From Amphiscolops sp. MND2022 (taxonomy: Eukaryota), in assembly GCA_964187785.1 (NCBI GenBank), contig OZ076409.1:372001-436000 (forward strand): a DNA stretch of 64,000 nt, given 5' to 3'. A model generated the notes under the pieces. It was not told the DNA's origin and ran no database searches. It saw only the letters and a program-made list of their open reading frames with translations. Below, piece after piece: positions 62,330 through 64,000 of the stretch. Position 1 is the first letter of the stretch; each line of letters opens with the position of its first letter. Both the position numbers and the translations under genes were made by a program.

Positions 62330-62620
62330 ATGTGTATCATCATGTTGCAGGGAGAAGACACACATGTTGGTTGAATGGCTTGGCGAAACTATCGATAATG
62401 TTGGATCTCACAAAGACCTCGGCCTTATCATGTCAACTATGCTAAACTGGAATGCGCATGTTCAGGAGCGGCTATTAAAAGCTAACAGAGCATTTCATTG
62501 TCTCAAGACAAATATACCATCAAAGCAAACTTCATCAAAGACTTAACTGAACATGTTTTACAGCTTGGTCAACCTTGTATTTACCTATGGCTCAGTCATA
62601 TGGATACCCAATTTGAGTCT
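62330..62620 (+). mobile_element. CR1-type LINE fragment
   Basis: HKDLGLIMSTMLNWNAHV..LLKANRAF; YSLVNLVFTYGSVIW.PN. Confidence 0.65.
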
Positions 62621-64000
62621 GATTTCTTCGAACGCATCTCTGTCGCTCACAGTTCCTAGAACACAGGCCGCATGCCAATCTGAAGAGCCATTGAAATCCG
62701 TTGCTTCAAAAAACCTTCAGCTCGTTGATCGTCGTGCGAACGACAGAGCATTTTACAGAGACGCGTGATGAAAATTTCGCTGCACTCGCCTAAAGAACCC
62801 TGTACTTCCAAGGCCACTGGCTGAAAAATGTATCCATTGTCTATTAATTCGCGATACTTCTCAATTTTACGCGCTTGAGCCTCAGTGGCGGTGGTTCCCG
62901 GGGGGTGGGCGGAAATAGGTCGAAGGAACGGGATCGAGAATCAGAGTTATACCAGATCGACATACCAAATTTTTGAATGGGATCGAAACAACTCGGATCG
63001 AAATTTTTATAACGTAGTCAGATATGTTCACATACTCCTAGTGCCCTGAATGCAGGAGCGAAGCGACGTGCCATATGGCCATGCCTCAAGGTTGCTACTT
63101 GGCGAAGGGAGCGAAGCGACCGAGCCATACAACAAAGGGTGGCTGTAAATAGGTCGAATTTTTCTGGTCGAAAGGACTGAGGTCGAACCTTTTGATCGAA
63201 TTACAGGGATCGAATGGAATGCGGTCGAATTTCATCGTATTTGTTGTATGGCTCGGTCGCTTCGCTCCCTTCGCCAAGTAGCAACATTGAGGCATGGCCA
63301 TATGGCACGTCGCTCCGCTTCGCTTCGCTCCTGCATTCAGGGCACTAGGGGTATGTGAACATATCTGACTACGTTATAAAAATTTCGATCCGAGTTGTTT
63401 CGATCCCGTTCAAAAATTTGGTATTGTCGACCTGAGGACTAACTCTGATTTTCGATCCCGTTCCTTCGACCTATTTCCGCCCACCCTACAACAAATACGA
63501 TAAAATTCGACCGCATCCCATTCGATCCCTGCAATTCGATCAAAAGGTGCGACCTCTGTCCTTTCGACCAGAAAAATTCGACCTATTTACAGCCACCCGT
63601 TCCCGGGTCGCATAAAGAGCCTCGATTCAGGCCAATGGGAGCAAGAGCATCGACAACCGTGACATCCCACACCAGCTGTTTACCCATTTCCCAAGGAATC
63701 ATGGTAACACCGTCTGGGCGTTTGCCATCAGTTCGGTACAGTCCACGCGGTTCGAGCATTGAAGGCAAGTCGAGAGATCCGAGCGTCTGCTTTATGAGGG
63801 AATTGAGAGTAGCATGACGTGAGAAGCGACCAGCACTCTTGGTGCAAGAAGGACCGTGTAAACTGTCCCGTTCAACTCTTTTGCGACAGTGGCACGTATG
63901 CGCAACGCAGATGTTGGCACCGAGACGCAAACCAATTGAAATACGAAGTTGCTGATCATCAAGTATCAGGCCTAGGTTCTGCAAGGAATGACGTTCAACC
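62621..64000 (-). mobile_element. CRE-clade (restriction-like endonuclease) non-LTR retrotransposon, 3' part
   Basis: LRLG..IC...CHC..H..SC zinc knuckle, SRH..LN, EPRGL.R.DGKRPDGVT.IPW..GKQLVWDVT. After removing the MITE the frame continues ATEAQARKIEKY...FQPVALEVQGSLG...LKQRISMALQ. Confidence 0.85.
62903..63598 (+). mobile_element. Mutator-like MITE with an inverted copy of the same family (63137-63486) inside it
   Basis: Outer TSD GTTCCCGGG (62894-62902, 63599-63607); inner TSD TACAACAAA (63128-63136, 63487-63495); TIRs GGGTGG..AAATAGGTCGAA. Confidence 0.9.

Overview
This is eukaryotic (invertebrate animal-like) genomic DNA: an AT-rich background, GC-rich exons, spliceosomal introns and very dense transposon content. 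Three co-oriented minus-strand genes can be rebuilt exon by exon with consistent reading phases. They are ARL6IP1 (6 coding exons, 61913->55207, 208 aa), DNAJC25 (4 coding exons, 49805->31311, 339 aa) and the 5' part of intersectin (11 coding exons, 27527->561; EH1, EH2 and coiled coil; one GC-AG intron; continues beyond the window). Introns and intergenic DNA are mostly nested mobile elements. These include about 17 copies of a Helentron/DINE-1-type non-autonomous family, a second such family, and a decayed Rep-Pif1 Helitron-like element with a probable GIY-YIG tail. Also present are a full-length DD35E Tc1-like transposon, hAT, Tc1/pogo and Mutator-like MITEs, and RTE, CR1/L2 and CRE retrotransposon fragments. 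The most unusual signal is a conserved ~135-bp cassette (GCGAAGC hairpins around a GCCATATGGC palindrome). It is carried inside five Mutator-like MITE types with unrelated termini, and one copy has inserted inverted into its own family member. All calls are from reading the sequence and remembered family motifs; no database searches were run.
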